From Heptranchias perlo (Eukaryota): a stretch of 64,000 bases of DNA. The notes under the pieces were generated by a model. The model had not been told where the DNA came from. It saw only the letters and a list, made by a program, of their open reading frames with translations, and made no database searches. Positions 58,401-64,000 of the stretch are shown piece by piece. The first letter of the stretch is position 1, and the number at the start of each line of letters is the position of its first letter. The translations under genes and the position numbers were made by a program. The stretch is taken from assembly GCF_035084215.1 (NCBI RefSeq), contig NC_090332.1:10106001-10170000 (forward strand), read 5' to 3'.

Positions 58401-61400
58401 TGTAGCTATTTTGATGGCTGCTTTTAGTTTACTGGAGTGAGGATGGTTATTGGCAAGAATGACTTGGATGTGGCTTCATGTAGTTGGTGAAAACCCCTTA
58501 CCAAAACCCAGTGGCATCTATATTAATAACTTGTATTATCTGATTCATCGTCTCTGTGCAGAGGAAAAGGCAATGCTGCTATTTTTATTCCCGCTTCTTT
58601 GTCTTGGCCTTAGAACCTCACCCTGGCCATCAGGCAAACTTGAGCAACCCACAGGATGGCTTCCAAAAGAGTTGGGTCAAACATAACAATACAGATAACC
58701 TACTAATATTAGAAGATCTTTGGGTAGGGGGCCTTACATGTCTTAACCCTTGTACCCTGCAGAATAAACAGGAACTCTACTGCCTTGGACATGGTAACTA
58801 TGTGAACAGTGCTCTAAGCATCATATTTCATCTTTTGGTCTAGTTTCTGGTTTTGAAGTATAATTGTTTGGAATCTGAGTTGTAATTTAACAGATATTGT
58901 GCAAAAGGTCTTCTACCGTAGGGATTCATTTTAACATCCTTGCCAGAGAACATTTGTAGGATCTATTATGCTTTTACATTTCAGAAAATTAACCTGGAAA
59001 GGTGGAAGAATATGCCTTCACATCTTATGTGAGGACAAGGTTTATTTAAAATGTTATTTCCCCCCACCCCAATTAATTTGCATGATTCAGATACCACCTC
59101 GTGGAAATGTATGCCAGTAATGTATTCAGAAGTGAACTGTGGACCTTCTAAGTGTCACTGATGCAAAGTAAGATTGGTAACTTGTCTAATGAAATAGTTT
59201 TGGAAAAAATTGCAGATTCTGACAAGTACTCAGCATTTATCTTAGAAGTTTCAGAAAATTAACTTTTTTAACCAGTGTGCAAATGTAATATGGCACCTTT
59301 GCTTTCACTGGCATTTATGAATGTACTGCTTTGGCCATCTCCCAAGTGACATAATTTTTGGGGAAAGAGGAAGGAGAGACATTCTGCAGCTCCAGAAAAT
59401 TAAGAAAATGTAACTCCAAAATAATTCCTGAGCTTTTGGTGGATTACCTACAATGATTTCAACTCCAAGAAGAATCCACTGTCTCTAAATGATCATAGTC
59501 TACACATGAATGGACTCTTGGAGAATTGTAATCTAGAAGAGAGTAACTATTGAGAGAGTCCAATTCCCAGTCTGTGGTGTTAGATAATTCCAGCTGGGAT
59601 GAAGCGCTACGATTGACCTTGGTGGCCATGGAGTATGAAAGGAAAAATCCGCCACGTCACCCACAATTGCTATCCAGCAACACCCCTGTATATGTGACTA
59701 TCTCTTGAATGCTGTGCCAACACTTGTACATCTGCGCCTCAGCTCATACATGAAGAATCACCACTTAGGCGAAGTATTAGAGCACAATGGCAAAACTAAA
59801 GGGTAGCTGTAAAGAGTTTGACCAATTCCTTGTGGTGATGGTGCTCCCTCTTGTAATGTCAGTTAAATCACTTTCTCCCAATGAATACTGCAACTCTGTA
59901 ACTTTATAGAGTAAATACATTATTTCATGTCAACTCTTAGAAAATGTTCTTTTCAGTAATAAATGTTACATACTGTAATTGGAGAGGTGCGAAGCAACTT
60001 GCTTCACTTGAAAATTCTTGAGGTTGATATGAGACACTTCTGAATGTTTATATATGCATTCCAAAATTAGATTGAGAGGGATGCTGAACTTAACACACAA
60101 ATATTCCTCTGGCTGCTTTTATTTGTGAAGAATAAGTAAGTACTTGGAAGATTAAAAAAAAATACTATTTTCAAATTGCATAGTTCTGTTAAGCTAATTG
60201 GTGATATGATGGAGAATACATATACACCAGTTAATTGTGCACTAGCAAAGTTAAAGGCACTTGAAATATTGCAGTTTTGCAAACAATAATAGTTGCAAGG
60301 ATTTTCAACTTAAGGATCCCTTGCACTGACGCTGTGCTGGAAAGGCTTGAAGACTAACCAAGGTAGCATGTGGACTGTTGGGGCAGAGGTTCATTTCTCC
60401 CATTCTAGGTTGTGCCTCTGGGGTAAGATACTGAGTTGAGGTGCAGCACCTCCCCACAGGGGAAGAGGGGAAATCAATTCAGAGGCCAAGTTGTTCTTAG
60501 GCTGCTTAAGCATCCTGAGTAAATCGTGTTATAAATTAGTGTTTTGGCATTCTCAGCTCAGTTACTTTAGTTCTTGGCAAATGGCATAAGCTGTGCTTGC
60601 CAACGCCTGTGAGCAATAAGTGAGTGGCCAATAAAGAATGGGGGGAGAAATTATGTTTCCATGCACTTTTAAAAAAAAAAAAAAAATTGTTTGAAATCTC
60701 AAAGAACTACATTTTTTATTTTTACCTCCAATTTTCTCCCCTCCCCATTCCCTCACTGTTTTGCAGTTCCAGGGCAACAATCACTTGCTGGAGTCTTCAA
60801 GTATCCCAGTGCCCATTGTTCATGCGTGAGCCTTGACAGTGTTTGTTGGCTGGCAGGCTATTTGGTTGTCATCACAACCAAACCTAATACCTTCACTTGG
60901 TACTCACACATTTCCAGCTGAGGTCTCAGTTTCATGATCAAGAGTAGGATCATTGTGTTTCCCCACCCTTTCCCTGAAGCAATCTGCTGTACTTGCTGAG
61001 ATCAACATCCTCAGAATATACTGGAGATTGAACCTAGCCCCTTCCTGGTCTCATATATAGGCTTTACTTCTGAGTCATTGAGACAGCTATTTTTTTCTTC
61101 CTTTATTTTATTTTACTCGGGAATATTCCTGCTGATATCTTTGGGGGAACTGGCTTGGCAAGTTACTGAACCCTATAATATGAAGCAGCTGAATGTGAAT
61201 AAACAGCACAAGCAGAATTGCTGCTAGATTAATAATTATTTCCACTGATGTGACAGAATTGAATTAACTAAGGCTCAATAACTTCTCCAAACCAGCCCTT
61301 CTGATATCTCTTCAGTGCTTCTGTTGCTACAAGGAAAAATAAGAAAAGTAATTAATGATGTTTTGGAACTTTTTTAAAAAGAAAGGGATGCTGATGGTGG

Positions 61401-62921
61401 TACTGAATCCTTAAACAGGGCCTTGGGAGAAGTTATTGAACTTGAGAATCAAGTTAACATTCACAGCTAAAATTGCTGAAGCATTGAGTAAACAATGTTG
61501 TGAACTGGTGTCCTCAGCTCGGTTTACTTCCATGCTAGTTCCCTGCACTCAGTGTGCAAACATTCAAGTTTATCATAATTCTGTAACAAATTGTTAAATT
61601 TTTATAAAAACCTTGGATATTTTGTTATTTTGTGATTATTTTGTCTTTGTTGAATTCATAATTGTAAGAGTCATAGTAGTGCCGTATGTTTGCTTAATGC
61701 TGCCACACGCCACAATGTAAAGGAAAATGAATTATGTCCACCATTCCACAAGACATACTGTCAATCCTCGCTGCCATACCCAAATTTGGTGTCAAGCAGA
61801 GGCCATGTGCATCCAACAAGGTGGAGGGAAAATCAGTGCAGTGAGTCACTCACCATTCCATTTTGAATTGCATTGTAGGTGACCAGGACTGAGATTGGAA
61901 TAAAAACAGAAAATGCTGGAAAAGCTCAGCGAGTGAGGTAGCATCTGTGGCGAAGAAGTCAGAGTTAACATTTCAGGGAGGAAGCTAGTCATCTGAGTTG
62001 TTAAATGGTGTGTGGTCATTTTAGAAATTAATCAGAATAAAAGTTAAATAGGACAGTTTAGTAAATTCTGTCACTGGTGATTCTGGGGATCTTAAAAGAA
62101 TTGGTACTTGAGCTAGCACTTTCAGTGTTTTAAACAATGTTTTGTTGTGAGATTTCTTGCATAGTTTTTAAACCCAAGCTCCGAATTTACAGTTCAGTCA
62201 ACCAAAAAGCCAATGCTGTATCTGTATTTTCATATACAGAAACACTCCACATGTAGGAAATTGTACAAACGTCAACATAGGTTTCACCTTTTACCGTGGC
62301 TAGAATATTCAAATGCGGTTTTATGTTGCACTAAGAAAGCTAATTAAAGCTGAGGGCATCATTCCAGCAAATGACTTGTATATTGAGAAACTATAGACAA
62401 TAGATTTATTAAAATGCAAGTGATAATTGAATCTGCAGTCCATTCCTACAGTGCAAGGGGTGTTACCATTACAACATTCTTTCAACACGAAACTTTCAAC
62501 ACAGGCACTTCTGTGCTGTAAGATTCTATGAAACTTCTGATTTTCTACAAAATCCTGTTGGTGGACTTTGGATATGAAAATGAAAACATGCTGTATATTT
62601 ACCAATTAAATGCTGCTTTTGGATGACTGTTTATAAAGTGGTGGGATCCAGTATGCTTTATTAATTGAGACCCATGTGAAGTTTCAAACAGCAGCTCTTC
62701 TATGTGAGATGTGTATCAAAATGCTATGCTGCACTGTACTTAAACAGCACATTGGGATCTTGGCCATATCCTGAAAAAATTCTGTAGTTACAGCTGTGAT
62801 AGGCCCTGAACTGAAATAAATAATTCCTTTATTGATTTTTTAAAAAATTTTTCCAGGCATACTTTTTTTTTAAATTGAAGAAAATTGATGGTCCCAGGCT
62901 GGACTATAGTAGAAGGTTCTC

Positions 62922-63321
62922 ATGGATGAAGGACGATCGCTTACGATTGAACTTGATACAACAGACAAAAATGACTGTAACGAGAGTGTGGAAAAGGCCA
63001 GTGCAACCAGTCAGCTTTCGCCGTTAATTTCAGATGAAAATGAAAATCGGATTCGTGAGGCACAGATAGTGTCACCGTGTAGTAACGACACAATGGGAGG
63101 ACTTGAGTGGATCAAGCAAGATTTGATCAATAACAATGAAGACGACCATGACAGAACTGCCTTTGAGATTGCACAAAATAATTGTCTGGAGGCTGTTTGT
63201 GATGATGAATCAGAGATTTCGAACAGCATTGCAAACCTGAGTCCCGAACTGCCATTGAGGAAGAAAAGAGTTAGGAATTGGGATTCAGAAATGGAAAGAA
63301 AATTAAAAAACACCTCTTCTG
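62922..63321 (+). CDS. CNST: Consortin (connexin sorting protein), first coding exon; the gene continues beyond the window
   Basis: Acceptor ttccag| at 62856, ATG at 62922, donor G|GTAAGT at 63321/63322 (phase 1). Acidic N-terminus with SVE..S, SDENEN, MG, QDLINNNE and a basic patch matches recalled vertebrate consortin (SDENEN, EQDSLNNNE). Synteny with TFB2M supports the call. Confidence 0.85.
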
Positions 63322-63754
63322 GTAAGTTTTCAGTTAGTACCTTTAAATCATTTGCTGCCCAAGCAAGACAAAAATTTGAGAATTAGGACTTGAAACCTGA
63401 AAGTGTGAATGTAATAAACTTGAAAAATTAATTTCGGTTGTCTATTTTTGTACGTCTTTTTCTAATAAATTTTCTTGCCCATGTTTCCTCTCTAGTCTCA
63501 CCCCTCTCAAAGGTAGAGACTTTTGCAGGGGTACAGTTCCAACTTCAGCTGACACCCTTTTATCATCATGTAACCATTCATCATGTTTGCGTTCAGTACA
63601 GCAAGCCTCCATAAGTTATTGAACGGTGGGACACATCATCTTTAATTCCAGACTTGCCCGTACTTAATCACACTACCAACATGGGTCACTGAACTGCAAT
63701 CTGGAGTGGAGACAATGACTCTTTTTCTCATCTTCCCATCCTCCTCTTCCACAC

Positions 63755-64000
63755 CCCCCCCCCCCCCCCCGCCTCTTTTTCTCCCCATCACCTACCCCGC
63801 TCCTCCTCCTCTTTTCCTTCCTCCTTTTTCTCCTTCCTCCTTTTTCTCCTTCCTCCTTTTTCTCCTTCCTCCTTTTTCCCCCTCCTCCTTTTTCCCCCTC
63901 CTCCTTTTTCCCCCTCCTCCTTTTTTCCCCCTCCTCCTTTTTCCCCCTCCTCCTTTTTTCCCCCTCCTCCTTTTTCCCCCTCCTCCTTTTTCCTTCCCCC
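63755..64000. repeat. Polypyrimidine tract with ~16-18 bp tandem repeat, running off the window
   Basis: Poly(C) followed by (ttttctccttcctcct)/(ttttcccctcctcct) units. Confidence 0.92.

Noticed and set aside
63322-63386. ORF continuation after the CNST exon
   Set aside because: The strong donor GTAAGT at 63322 indicates read-through into the intron.

Overview
Eukaryotic, intron-containing vertebrate DNA, most likely a cartilaginous fish judging from its repeats (CR1 and L2 LINEs, Deu-domain SINEs, Penelope-like elements). It contains a complete + strand TFB2M gene: 8 coding exons from 6864 to 18268, 437 aa by my exon assembly, plus an inferred non-coding first exon in a CpG island at about 3.3-3.8 kb. 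It also contains the 5' part of consortin (CNST), with a CpG-island promoter at about 29.5-30.4 kb and the first coding exon at 62922-63321. A third gene probably starts on the - strand at the left edge. The rest is retroelement debris and tandem repeats. The most notable observations are: (i) fold-back Penelope-derived mini-insertions carrying minimal hammerhead-ribozyme cores, including a perfect 91-bp palindrome in a TFB2M intron; (ii) a 4.9-kb minisatellite that steps from 28 to 32 to 36 bp units just behind the CNST promoter; (iii) TFB2M lying in tandem with CNST rather than head-to-head as in human; (iv) a 44-bp NRF1-motif tandem array in the TFB2M promoter; (v) several templated inverted duplications. 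No prokaryotic systems, CRISPR arrays, rRNA or tRNA genes were found. Gene and family names come from recalled motifs, not database searches.
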